From: Trueperaceae bacterium
GTDB lineage: Bacteria; Deinococcota; Deinococci; Deinococcales; Trueperaceae
Direction: 5' to 3'
Assembly: GCA_965214405.1 (NCBI GenBank)
Contig: OZ243956.1
Span: 2,560,001 to 2,624,000 of the forward strand
Length of the DNA: 64,000 nucleotides
A program made the translations under genes and the position numbers. The notes below the pieces were generated by a model, which searched no databases, had not been told where the DNA came from, and worked only from the letters and a program-made list of their open reading frames with translations. Positions 31,310-40,855 of this stretch are shown piece by piece (within the stretch, counting starts at the first letter, position 1; every line of letters starts with the position of its first letter).

Positions 31310-32020
31310 TCACGCTTCTACCAACCTTTCGATAACCTCAATCACCGCCGCCGCGTCGGGGCGTTCGGCGCATTCGGCCCGCCAGCCGCGCGCCGTTACC
31401 GCGTCCGCAGTGCTCGGCCCCAGAGTCACGAGCCGCGCCCGCGCGCCCACCTCGTCGGACAAACCCGCCACCGCCGAGGGGCTGCTGAGCACCACTACGT
31501 CCACGCCCTTGATATCACCTTTAACGGCGTCTGCCCACTCGAGCCCTACCGTCTGATAAATCACCACCGGGTAGGTCTCAAAGCCGTGTCGCACCAGGGT
31601 GTCGCGCAGGGTTGGGAGCGCCCGGTTTCCCTGAGGCAAGCCCACCGGACCCTCCCCGCCTCTTTCCAAGAATACCGCCGCCAGCCCCGCTGCGTTCTGG
31701 GGCTCGCCCACAAGCGAGACTTCGCTGCCGCCCTCTAGAAGCGCCCGCGCGGTCTTGTCACCCACCGCGCCCAAACGTGAGCCGTTTAGAGAGAAGCTTT
31801 CTAAAGGAAGGCCCAGCGCTCCCCACGCCTCAACGCCCGCGGGGGAGGTGAAGAGCAGCCAGGGGAGGCCGATGAGCGCCCGCGCCGCCTCGCGCACTGC
31901 CGGGGTGAGCAGGGGTGCAGTTTGGATGAGGGGCACCCGCACCACGTCGATGCCGCGTTCTCGTAAGGACTGCTCGAGCCCCTCCAGCCGCCCCTCCGAC
32001 TGCGTCAGCGCCACCCTCAC
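31310..32020 (-). CDS. hemD: Uroporphyrinogen-III synthase
   Basis: LFTSPAGV, AVGDKTA, YQT, SPSAV, GPSTA; position between hemC and hemB. Confidence 0.9.
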   Translation of the reverse strand: MRVALTQSEGRLEGLEQSLRERGIDVVRVPLIQTAPLLTPAVREAARALIGLPWLLFTSPAGVEAWGALGLPLESFSLNGSRLGAVGDKTARALLEGGSEVSLVGEPQNAAGLAAVFLERGGEGPVGLPQGNRALPTLRDTLVRHGFETYPVVIYQTVGLEWADAVKGDIKGVDVVVLSSPSAVAGLSDEVGARARLVTLGPSTADAVTARGWRAECAERPDAAAVIEVIERLVEA

Positions 32021-32916
32021 GCCCCTACCTCTGTCTCTAATGGTGCGGGCCGCCCCAGCGCCTCGTAAGCGAGCATCGCCGCGCCCTCGGATGAGGGGTG
32101 GCTGACGACGACGTGCTGGCCCTCGTACCAGGCGCGGAGCGTGACCTCGCTTCCGTCAAAGGTGGCGTGCGCGCCCAGCGCGAGCTGGCAGCCGCCCTGG
32201 AGCATCCCCATGAGCCCACGCTCGGCGGCCACGGCGCGGTAGGCGCGGACCGAGTGGAGGTCGGTGAGGGCTGAGGCTAAGTCGTAGTCGTCGCGGCGGA
32301 TTTCTAGGGCCAGCACGCCCTGCGCGGGGGCGGGAACGAAGAGGGAGGGCTCGAGCGCTCGCACCTCCAAGCCGGAAAGCTCGAGGCCCAAACGCTCCAA
32401 GCCCGCCGCCGCCAACAGAATCGCGTCGTACCGCCCGTCTCGTAACTTTTGCACCCGCGTCGGCACGTTGCCGCGAAGTTCTTCAACCGTCACGTCGGGC
32501 CTGAGGTGCAACACCTGCGAGCGCCGCCGCGCCGCGCTCGTGCCCACCGTCGCGCCCCCCTTAAGAGGCAAACCTTCGGCGTCCGCGTCGAAAGATTCGG
32601 GGCGCACCAGGAGCACGTCTCGAGGGTCCGCGCGCCCACTCACCGCGGCGATTTCTAAGCCCGGCATCCGCGCGCTCGGCAGGTCCTTGTGCGAATGCAC
32701 CGCCACGTCCGCCCTGTCATCGGCAACCGCGTCCTGTACGGCTTTGGTAAAAAATCCCTGCCCCTGCATCAGCGCGAAGGGCTGGTAGTCGCGGTCGCCT
32801 TGGGTTTCGATGAGGACGAGTTCGGTCTCATGTCCTAAGCTGTTGAGCTTGTCCGCGACCCAGTGGGCTTGCCAGAGGGCGAGCTGACTTTTGCGGGTGG
32901 CAATACGGACGTTCAT
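32017..32916 (-). CDS. hemC: Hydroxymethylbilane synthase
   Basis: IATRKSQLALWQA, AVHSHKD, RGNVPTR, GGC. Confidence 0.97.
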   Translation of the reverse strand: MNVRIATRKSQLALWQAHWVADKLNSLGHETELVLIETQGDRDYQPFALMQGQGFFTKAVQDAVADDRADVAVHSHKDLPSARMPGLEIAAVSGRADPRDVLLVRPESFDADAEGLPLKGGATVGTSAARRRSQVLHLRPDVTVEELRGNVPTRVQKLRDGRYDAILLAAAGLERLGLELSGLEVRALEPSLFVPAPAQGVLALEIRRDDYDLASALTDLHSVRAYRAVAAERGLMGMLQGGCQLALGAHATFDGSEVTLRAWYEGQHVVVSHPSSEGAAMLAYEALGRPAPLETEVGA

Positions 32917-34115
32917 ACCGTATGGGCCTCGAGCATTTCAACGTCCGTTAACCCAGCCTCCGTCAGCCCCGCTTCTACCAGGAACGTTTTGGCAGCCTCG
33001 AGCCCGTGCATCCTTGCCACCGCCCGCAGCCCCTTGACGGGCACATGCGCGAACTTGTGCGCGAGCCGCGCCGCCTCGTCTTTGGGCAACGCGTCGCCGA
33101 TGGTTTCTAAGTACATGTCCCTAAGGCGCTTGATGGAGGGTCCCAACATCCGTTCGGTCCACTCTTGAAGCGCCGCCTCCACCTCCTCTTGCACCACGCC
33201 CTCGGCCTCGGCGAGCCTTGCGGAAAGTTCGCTCCGCCGCTCCCGGCCCGCCGCCTGAAGCGTGTCCACATCAAGCACGCGCACGCCGTGACGCGCGGCG
33301 GCATCTTTACAAACGTTGCGCGGGAGGCCCAAATCCACGATGAGCGACATCTTTGGGAGTTTTGCCAACAGCGCGTCGTCCACCAAGTCTTTTACAGGCG
33401 TGGCGCAGACCAAGGCGTCAATGTGGGGCGGGTTCGCCAAGAAGTCCTTGAGCCCCACGCTCTCCCCACCCAGATGCTTTGCAAGCTGCCGCGCCCGCGT
33501 GAGCGTGCGGTTGACGATGATGAGCCGAAAACCAGGAAGCGCGGCGAGCGTTTTGGCCGCGAGCGTACCCATCTCCCCCGCGCCGAGCACCGCGACGGTG
33601 CCCCCGGCGGGAAGCGCCCGCACGAGTTGGGGACGCGCGAGGGAAAAGAGTGACGTGTGCAGCGGCGCGAGCGCCACCTCGCGCCGGACGCGTTTGGCGA
33701 TGCGCAACGCGGTAGAGAGCGCGAACGAGGTGGTCTTGCCCGTCGTGCCTGCCCGCCGCGCCCTCTCAAAAGCACTCCGCACCTGCGCCATAATCTGGTC
33801 CTCACCGGGGTTGAGCGAATCGAGCGAAGCGGCGATGCGGGTGAGCTGTTCTAACGCGCCATCGCCCACATACGCGTAAGGCCGCGCCGCCACTCCGGGC
33901 GGCGTGAGCTTGCGCCGCGCCTCCTCTAAGCTCAGACCCTCGGGCAGCCTCACCACCAGGTCCCAGCGGTTGCAGGTGACGAGCGGGACCCATTCGTCGA
34001 AGTCCAGGGCACCGGGTTGCGCGAGAAGGGGCTCGGGAAAAGCGTTTTGCCAGCCTTCAAGCGCCGCCGCGCCCCCCCGACGGTGCGACACGCCGATAAG
34101 TGCTAAACGTTCCAC
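32913..34115 (-). CDS. hemA: Glutamyl-tRNA reductase
   Basis: TCNR, SLDS..PGEDQIMAQV, GAGEMG, DLGLPRNV. Confidence 0.94.
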   Translation of the reverse strand: MERLALIGVSHRRGGAAALEGWQNAFPEPLLAQPGALDFDEWVPLVTCNRWDLVVRLPEGLSLEEARRKLTPPGVAARPYAYVGDGALEQLTRIAASLDSLNPGEDQIMAQVRSAFERARRAGTTGKTTSFALSTALRIAKRVRREVALAPLHTSLFSLARPQLVRALPAGGTVAVLGAGEMGTLAAKTLAALPGFRLIIVNRTLTRARQLAKHLGGESVGLKDFLANPPHIDALVCATPVKDLVDDALLAKLPKMSLIVDLGLPRNVCKDAAARHGVRVLDVDTLQAAGRERRSELSARLAEAEGVVQEEVEAALQEWTERMLGPSIKRLRDMYLETIGDALPKDEAARLAHKFAHVPVKGLRAVARMHGLEAAKTFLVEAGLTEAGLTDVEMLEAHTV

Positions 34116-34146
34116 TTGGATTATGATAAGTCGGAATGATTACGAA

Positions 34147-34165
34147 AAGTGTCACACAAGTGTCA
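34147..34165. promoter_or_regulatory. Direct repeat upstream of hemA (OmpR/PhoB-box-like)
   Basis: AAGTGTCA x2 with 11-bp period, just upstream of the -35 position of a TATCAT leaderless promoter. Confidence 0.5.
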
Positions 34166-34199
34166 AAGACGGGTTTTCTGCACAGGGTGAAAGACCGCA

Positions 34200-34883
34200 T
34201 TAAGCATTTGGTGCATGGGGCGTGGGCTCGAGCCACGGAAAGCCCCAGGGGTCGCTCTGGGAAAGCGGATTAACCCGCGCCGCGTCGTGGGTGCGCACGG
34301 GGAGAGGAAAATCTTCAGGAAGCACCGGAACGCGCATGACGGGGCGAACGGGTTGAGGGTTGACCCAATGCGCTTCCAGAACCCTTCCTAGACCTGGATG
34401 CCGATAGGCGGGCATCCTTTCAAACCCGTCGCCTGGGAGAACGTAGACATTTCCTTCCATCAACAAATCGCGCCCGTCGGTCACGCTCGAGTCCACCGGG
34501 GAGAGTGAAAGAAAATAACGCATCGGCGACCACTCTCCCTGTTCCTCGACCTGAAGCGCCATGCTGAGCATTCCGTTGACGCGGGCGCGGTCCCTGAGGG
34601 CGTACATCATCGCCCATACGCCGCTCGAGTCGGCAAAGACGGCGGTGCGTTTGCTGAAGTCGTCGGGGCTCAAGTCTCTTGGCGCTCGAGGTTCAAAAAG
34701 GGTGACGTTCGCAAGGCTCGAGCCGTGCAGCAGCCAACCCTGGCGCGTGAGCCAACGCAGAAACACCCAGCGCGGCGCCGACGGCAGTTTTTTAACGTCA
34801 CGCGCGGACAAAGCAGCTTCAAACGCCTTTTCGTCCGACTGACTTAGCTCGTATGGCGGTAACTTGAGCATCCAATCGTGCAT
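34200..34883 (-). CDS. Hypothetical protein
   Basis: 227-aa ORF with leaderless TACGCT box; LLHGS...FEPR...AVFA motif. Confidence 0.7.
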   Translation of the reverse strand: MHDWMLKLPPYELSQSDEKAFEAALSARDVKKLPSAPRWVFLRWLTRQGWLLHGSSLANVTLFEPRAPRDLSPDDFSKRTAVFADSSGVWAMMYALRDRARVNGMLSMALQVEEQGEWSPMRYFLSLSPVDSSVTDGRDLLMEGNVYVLPGDGFERMPAYRHPGLGRVLEAHWVNPQPVRPVMRVPVLPEDFPLPVRTHDAARVNPLSQSDPWGFPWLEPTPHAPNA

Positions 34884-34948
34884 ACCTCAGCGTATCACCG
34901 CCGTAAGAGCAATACGGTTGAACTTTTTGAGTGCCGGGGACGCGCTTC

Positions 34949-35206
34949 CTAGCCCTCGAGCGCAATCGCCTCTTCCACCTCGTCGGGCACGCCGAGTTCG
35001 AAAGTAAGGCTTGAGCTGTTCTCCCCCGGCTCGAACGAACACAAAAGGAGGTCTCCGGCTCGAGCCTCCCTAGGAAGCCAGGCTGCGGGTATGTCCAAAG
35101 TGGCACCGTCGCCGCGGGTGAGGGTGGCGTGGGTTTTGCTTATGTGCTCGAGCTTCAAGCGTTCGGGCTCGCCTTCTGTATGGTGAAAAGGTGTGCGGTT
35201 CGTCAC
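34949..35206 (-). CDS. Small protein, DUF3006-like
   Basis: LDIPAAWLPREARAGDLL motif; GTG start 7 nt after TAGATT. Confidence 0.55.
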   Translation of the reverse strand: MTNRTPFHHTEGEPERLKLEHISKTHATLTRGDGATLDIPAAWLPREARAGDLLLCSFEPGENSSSLTFELGVPDEVEEAIALEG

Positions 35207-35291
35207 TCCGCCCAATCTAACCCTTCGCGCCGCCCTATATAAGACTTCCGTGTAAGACTCCCGTGACAATCTCCGGTCTACCTTGTAAAGC

Positions 35292-35714
35292 ATGGACCGA
35301 AAGACCCTCCTCCTCGTCGAGAGCGACCCGGCGCGCCGCTTCCGCCGCTGTCACGCCTTGAGCCGAGACTACGACGTGGTATCCCTAAGCAACGGTGCCG
35401 AGGCGACGAGATTTTTAACGAAGTGCATCCCGGATATGCTCATCCTCGACGTGGACGCGCCCTCGAGCGGGGGCTTCGACATCTGCCGACAGGTCAAACT
35501 TCAAGAAACGTTCAAGGGCGTGAGCGTGCTGCTCATGACGGGCGACAAGAGCACGGCGACGCAACTTTACGGCGCGTTAGCCAACGCGGACGCGATCCTT
35601 TGTCAAGAGGTGAGCGAGGACAAGCTGCGGGAGGTGGCGGCGGAACTTTTCAACCGGGAGAGGTTTTTGGGGATTTTGCAGGGTTCCCGTTCTCAACAGC
35701 ACTCGTTTTCATGA
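35292..35714 (+). CDS. Single-domain receiver (CheY-like), degenerate
   Basis: LLLVESD, PDMLILDV, GFDIC, LLMT; conserved Lys-Pro absent. Confidence 0.75.
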   Translation: MDRKTLLLVESDPARRFRRCHALSRDYDVVSLSNGAEATRFLTKCIPDMLILDVDAPSSGGFDICRQVKLQETFKGVSVLLMTGDKSTATQLYGALANADAILCQEVSEDKLREVAAELFNRERFLGILQGSRSQQHSFS

Positions 35715-35729
35715 CAATGGTTTGAGCTT

Positions 35730-36515
35730 CTAAACCCTGCCCAACACCCTGTAGACGGCGAGCGCGCTCCATTCTCTCACGACGCGGCCAAACTCAACCA
35801 AGTTCTCGAGCACGTCCAGCTTGGCTACGGCGGCGTCGACGTTGGCGGGAACGTGCCACACGTTCTCACCAGTTGTCAGGTAGTCCACGGGATAGGGGAT
35901 GACTTGCCAGCCGAGCTTCTGAAACACGCCCAGCGCGCGGGGCATGTGCAGCGCCGAGGTGACGAGAATCCAGGTTTGCCCTCTTTGAGGGTGCGCCGCG
36001 TCTAAACTCATAAGCGCGTCCTCGTACGTGCTTTGCGACGGCACCCAGAGCACGCGCTGGCGAGACAGGGGCGGACCCCAGAAGGCGCGACCGGGTGCCC
36101 AGGTAGAGGTGAACTCATCCGGCAGCGTGTCCGCATAGAGGCCCGTGAGAACGAGCGTCGCGTCGGGGTAGCGCCGCGCGAGAGACGCGCCCGCCATCAT
36201 CCGCTCCCCCGACTCCCCGAGCGCCACTTGCCCCCGCGCCGCCGACACGGACGCCTCGACCGAGCCGCCCAATACGATAATGCCGTCTACGTGGTCGGGT
36301 AGGGTAGTGAGGGGCACGCGGTCCTCGAGCGGCGCGCCCAAAAGACTCTTCAAGGGCAGCAGCGTGGGTAGCGCGGCAAATATGAGCGTGAAAACGAGGA
36401 GCCCCCGCCCCGCGCGGTAGCGCCTGAACAGCAAAAGAAGCGCGCTGAGGACAAAAAGCGCGTAGACAAATGTGCTGGGTTGCAGGAGCGACCAAAGAAA
36501 CTCTACGGGAGGCAC
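35730..36515 (-). CDS. YdcF/ElyC (DUF218) family protein
   Basis: GIIVLGG, STYEDA, LVTSALHMPRA. Confidence 0.9.
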   Translation of the reverse strand: MPPVEFLWSLLQPSTFVYALFVLSALLLLFRRYRAGRGLLVFTLIFAALPTLLPLKSLLGAPLEDRVPLTTLPDHVDGIIVLGGSVEASVSAARGQVALGESGERMMAGASLARRYPDATLVLTGLYADTLPDEFTSTWAPGRAFWGPPLSRQRVLWVPSQSTYEDALMSLDAAHPQRGQTWILVTSALHMPRALGVFQKLGWQVIPYPVDYLTTGENVWHVPANVDAAVAKLDVLENLVEFGRVVREWSALAVYRVLGRV

Positions 36516-36613
36516 AAGGGTTTATCTTAGGGCTTCACGGTCCCGTATGCAATGGAACGCGCCCTTTGTTTATGGTGGCGCTCGAGCGGTACCATGCGCT
36601 GTGGAGGATATTC

Positions 36614-36976
36614 ATGATCGCCGTTGCCAACCGAATTTTTGTTAACCCCGACTACGCCGAGGCCTTTGAGGCGCGCTTCCGCGACCGCGCGGGCTTGGTC
36701 GACGAGATGCCCGGCTTTCTCTTTAACCAAGTGCTGCGCCCGAGCAGGGCTGATGACCCTTACGTGGTCCTCACCTACTGGGATTCTCACGAACATTTCA
36801 AGGCCTGGACGGAGTCGGACGCGTTTAAGCAAGGTCACGCGCAGAGCGGGTCTTTGCCCAGAGAGGCCTTTGCGGGGCGCAACAAGCTCGAGATTCACCA
36901 AATCATCCAGGACTCGCGCGACCCAGATTTGGAAGTCCAGCCGCCGCTTAAATTAGAGGACGCGGCACACGGGTAG
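36614..36976 (+). CDS. ABM-family monooxygenase, IsdG/HmoA-like heme-degrading candidate
   Basis: MIAVANRIFV, FEARF, PGF, W...F.AW..S.AFKQGH. GGAGG RBS. Confidence 0.8.
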   Translation: MIAVANRIFVNPDYAEAFEARFRDRAGLVDEMPGFLFNQVLRPSRADDPYVVLTYWDSHEHFKAWTESDAFKQGHAQSGSLPREAFAGRNKLEIHQIIQDSRDPDLEVQPPLKLEDAAHG

Positions 36977-37077
36977 GGGTATAGATAGCGCACCCGCACC
37001 GCACACCGTCACAAGCCCAACAGGTTTAGTCACAAAATCTGTGCAAGGATAGCCACAGGAAATCCAAAGGAGACATT

Positions 37078-37923
37078 ATGGCAGTTCCAGATATTACGCT
37101 CAACGACGGCAACACCATTCCCCAACTCGGGTTTGGGGTGTACCAAATAGAGCCCAAAGACATGGCCGAGGCTGTGGGCAAGGCGCTCGAGGTCGGCTAC
37201 CGGCACATCGACACCGCCGAAATGTACGGCAACGAAAAAGAGGTCGGGGAGGCCGTTCGCGCCGCCGGTCTGAACCGCGAAGACGTTTTTGTGACGAGCA
37301 AGCTCAACAACGGCTTTCATGAACCAGACGACGCCCGCAAAGCGTTTGACACCACGCTTAGTGAGCTTGGCTTTGACTACGTGGACTTGTTTCTTATCCA
37401 CTGGCCGCTACCGACGCAGTACGGCGGCGACTACGTCTCGACCTGGCAGACGCTAGAAGAGTTCCAGCGCCAGGGCCGCGCCCGCTCGATTGGCGTGTCG
37501 AACTTTCAGACTGCGCATTTGGAGCGCCTAGCCGCCGAGACGGACACCGTCCCCGCGGTCAACCAGATTGAGGTCCATCCTTACTTTGTGAATGACGCGG
37601 TGCGGGATTACGGTCAAAAGCACGGGATAGCGACCGAGGCGTGGTCGCCCATCGCGCAGGGCGAGGTGCTGGACGACCCCGCCATCAAAGAGATTGCCGA
37701 CAAGCTTGGTAAGACACCCGCACAAGTCGTGTTGCGCTGGCACGTTCAGCGCGGCGACATCATCTTTCCCAAGTCGGTCACGCCCTCACGGATCGAGGAG
37801 AACTTTCAGATTTTTGACTTCGAGCTGGAACCCGGCGACGTAGATGCGATTACTGCGTTGGACAAGGGTGAAGAGGGTCGTACCGGCCCAAACCCGGACA
37901 CGTTCGATTACATTCCTGACTGA
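37078..37923 (+). CDS. Aldo/keto reductase (2,5-DKG reductase-like)
   Basis: GYRHIDTAEMY, LFLIHWP, IGVSNF, IFPKS. Confidence 0.95.
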   Translation: MAVPDITLNDGNTIPQLGFGVYQIEPKDMAEAVGKALEVGYRHIDTAEMYGNEKEVGEAVRAAGLNREDVFVTSKLNNGFHEPDDARKAFDTTLSELGFDYVDLFLIHWPLPTQYGGDYVSTWQTLEEFQRQGRARSIGVSNFQTAHLERLAAETDTVPAVNQIEVHPYFVNDAVRDYGQKHGIATEAWSPIAQGEVLDDPAIKEIADKLGKTPAQVVLRWHVQRGDIIFPKSVTPSRIEENFQIFDFELEPGDVDAITALDKGEEGRTGPNPDTFDYIPD

Positions 37924-37939
37924 GCGCCCCGACCGACGC

Positions 37940-38015
37940 GCTTCTTATAAGCTGCGTTTATAAGAAGCTGCAAAGAGAGCCGTGACCATCCGAGTGGGAA
38001 TGGTCACGGCTCTCT
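37940..38015. terminator. Two adjacent long hairpins after the aldo/keto reductase
   Basis: GCTTCTTATAA...TTATAAGAAGC (37940-37968) and AGAGAGCCGTGACCAT...ATGGTCACGGCTCTCT (37974-38015). Confidence 0.6.
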
Positions 38016-38262
38016 ACCTTATCTATGGCTTTGTCCGGTGCTGAGCGTGGTGACTCATCTGAGAGAAGCAAAGAAATTTGAACCTGAACTCGGTTCTCTC
38101 GAGCCGTTGACAATCATGTAAAGTGAAAGAATCGACACCCTCAGATGCGTCATACCTAACTTTTCAGCCTTTACAGCCAGCGCGCGCCTCGCATAAAATA
38201 CAATCCTGTTCATCGTTGACGTCGTGCTCGCATAAATTTTTGCACAGATTAAAGGGGGAAAC

Positions 38263-40743
38263 ATGGGTTTGTTTGCACGTAAACAGGTCTGGCTGGCCCT
38301 TTCACTCGTCGTGCTCGCGCTCCTCTCTTGCGGCGCGCCGCAAGGGGATGAGGGTGCGCCGCCCGCGCTCGAGACGGAAGCAACGCTGCCGAGCGGTTTC
38401 GAGGATGCGCTGGTCACCAAATTATCCCGCCCCACCGCACTCGCCTTTACGCCCGACGGGCGACTTCTCATCACCACGCAGGCCGGGCAACTGCGGGTTT
38501 ATGAGGACGGGGCGTTGCGCGCCGAGCCTGTGCTGGACCTCCGGTCAAGGCTCTGCACGGACAGCGAGCGGGGCCTGTTGGGCGTGGCCGTCGACCCGAA
38601 CTTCGCCTCCAACGGCTTTGTCTACCTTTTTTATACCCTTAACAAGTTCGGAAGCTGCGAGCGTAACGCACCCAACGCGCCGGTCAACCGGGTATCGCGT
38701 TTCACCCTGCTAAATAACGCGGCGAGCGCCGAACGCGTGCTCATCGACAACATCCCCTCGCCCAACGGCAACCACAACGGCGGCGATTTGCACATCGGCA
38801 AGGACGGGCTTCTGTACGTAAGTATTGGCGACGGCGGCTGTGATTACTTGGGTGACAGCGGCTGCGCGGGAGAGAACGATGCCTCGCGCGATACCAACAC
38901 CCTGCTCGGCAAGGTCGTGCGCGTCACCAGGGACGGGGGCGTTCCCGCCAGCAATCCTTTTCGGGGCTCCAACAGCGCGCGCTGCAATGCGGGCAACGCG
39001 CGTCCCGGCAAGGTGTGCCAGGAGACCTACGCGCGCGGGCTGCGCAACCCTTTCCGCATGGCGTTTGATCCCAACTCGAGCGGCACGCGCTTTTTCATCA
39101 ACGACGTGGGGCAGAATACGCGCGAAGAGATTGACCTGGGTCAGGCGGGCGCGGACTACGGCTGGAACGTGCGTGAGGGAGCGTGCAAAAACGGCGGGAG
39201 TGACTGCGGCGCGCCGCCCGAGGGCTTTACCAATCCCGAGTTCGATTATGCGCGGGCGTCAGACGGCGTCTTTTCTGGTTGCGGCTCCATCACGGGCGGG
39301 GCGTTCGTGCCCAAGGGCGTTTGGCCCGCCACCTTTGAAGGTGCCTATCTCTTTAGCGACTACGTGTGCGGCAAGATTTTTAGCATCAAGAAGACGAACG
39401 GCAAGTACAGCGCGAGCGTACTGGCCTCGGGGTTGGGCTCGAGCAGCGCGGTTCACCTGACCTTTGGACCCTACAAGGGCTCGCAGGCGCTCTACTACAC
39501 CTCTTATGCGGACGGCGGTGCGGTGCGGCGCATCGCCTACGGGGGTCCTGGTAACCGCGTGCCGCAAGCCGCGCTCTCGGCCACCCCGACCTCGGGTCAG
39601 GCTCCTCTCACGGTGCGTTTTGACGCCTCGGGGAGCCGTGACCCCGAGGGCGGCGCGCTCCTCTACCGCTGGGCCTTTGGCGATGGCGGCGCAGCGGACG
39701 GCAAAAGCGTGTCCCACACCTACAGAGCGAGCGGCACTTACACCGCCACGCTCACCGTGCGCGACCCGCAAGGGGCCGAGGGTACGGCGACGGTCCACGT
39801 AAGCGTCGGGAACACACCGCCGGAAGCGCGCATCACCGCGCCGGGCAAAGACGTGCGCTTCGGCGTCGGGGAAAAGATTGTTTTACGAGGGGAGGCGACC
39901 GACGCCGAGGACGGAGCGCTCAGCGGGAGCCGCCTGAGCTGGACCGCGCTGCTCCACCACAACAACGACCACACCCACCCCTATTTAGACGCCACCCCCG
40001 GGCAGAGCGTCGAACTCACCATGCCCGCGCCCGAGGACTTGGCGGCGACCTCGGGAAGCTTTTTAGAAGTTCGCCTGACCGTGACCGACAGTGGGGGCCT
40101 GAGCCGCACCGTGAGTCAAAACATCTATCCGGCCAAGGTCGATGTTACCTTTCAAACCCAGCCGACGGGGCTCGAGCTTAAAGTCAACGGTGAGACCTTT
40201 ACCGCGCCCAAGACACTCACCTCCTGGAGAGGTTACGCGCTTCACGTGGATGCCCCCGACCAAACGACCTCCTCGGGCCAGGCCACCTTCCGCGCCTGGT
40301 CGGACGGCGGCGCGGCCTCCCACACCATCACCACGCCCGCCGCCGCGAAGGGTTACACCGCGAGCTTTGATATAGAAGCGGAGCAAAAGGTCACCAGCCT
40401 CACCCTCATCAACGCCGAGACGGGAAAGCCTGTGGCAGGCTTTGACCCCATCCCGGACGGGGCGACGCTCAACTTGTCGACCTTGCCCACGCGCCGTCTC
40501 AACATCCGCGCGAACACCAGCCCCAGCCGGGTAGGGAGCGTGCAGTTTACTCTGGACGGTAAAAATTACCAGCTCGAGAACAACGCGCCTTACGCGCTCG
40601 CGGGCAACCGCGGCAGCACCTATTACGCCTGGACCCCGAGTGTAGGGAGCCACACGCTGCGCGTGACGCCGTACAGCGCCTCGGGCGGCAAAGGAAGCGC
40701 AGGCACGGCGAAAACGGTTGGCTTCAAGGTTGTAGAGAGGTAA
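38263..40743 (+). CDS. PQQ-dependent sugar dehydrogenase-like lipoprotein with PKD and Ig-like domains
   Basis: Lipobox LLSC, ERGLLGVA, NHNGG, GLRNPFR, GWN; PKD motif W.FGDG...HTY...GTY. Confidence 0.88.
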   Translation: MGLFARKQVWLALSLVVLALLSCGAPQGDEGAPPALETEATLPSGFEDALVTKLSRPTALAFTPDGRLLITTQAGQLRVYEDGALRAEPVLDLRSRLCTDSERGLLGVAVDPNFASNGFVYLFYTLNKFGSCERNAPNAPVNRVSRFTLLNNAASAERVLIDNIPSPNGNHNGGDLHIGKDGLLYVSIGDGGCDYLGDSGCAGENDASRDTNTLLGKVVRVTRDGGVPASNPFRGSNSARCNAGNARPGKVCQETYARGLRNPFRMAFDPNSSGTRFFINDVGQNTREEIDLGQAGADYGWNVREGACKNGGSDCGAPPEGFTNPEFDYARASDGVFSGCGSITGGAFVPKGVWPATFEGAYLFSDYVCGKIFSIKKTNGKYSASVLASGLGSSSAVHLTFGPYKGSQALYYTSYADGGAVRRIAYGGPGNRVPQAALSATPTSGQAPLTVRFDASGSRDPEGGALLYRWAFGDGGAADGKSVSHTYRASGTYTATLTVRDPQGAEGTATVHVSVGNTPPEARITAPGKDVRFGVGEKIVLRGEATDAEDGALSGSRLSWTALLHHNNDHTHPYLDATPGQSVELTMPAPEDLAATSGSFLEVRLTVTDSGGLSRTVSQNIYPAKVDVTFQTQPTGLELKVNGETFTAPKTLTSWRGYALHVDAPDQTTSSGQATFRAWSDGGAASHTITTPAAAKGYTASFDIEAEQKVTSLTLINAETGKPVAGFDPIPDGATLNLSTLPTRRLNIRANTSPSRVGSVQFTLDGKNYQLENNAPYALAGNRGSTYYAWTPSVGSHTLRVTPYSASGGKGSAGTAKTVGFKVVER

Positions 40744-40855
40744 AGCGGGTTGATAACAAAGCCTGTGTGACGCTTCTCAGAGGAGCCAAGCGTTCAGTTA
40801 AGAAACTCGAGCCTCACAGCCAAGTGCTTATATTTGGTGGGGCTCGAGTCCTCCT

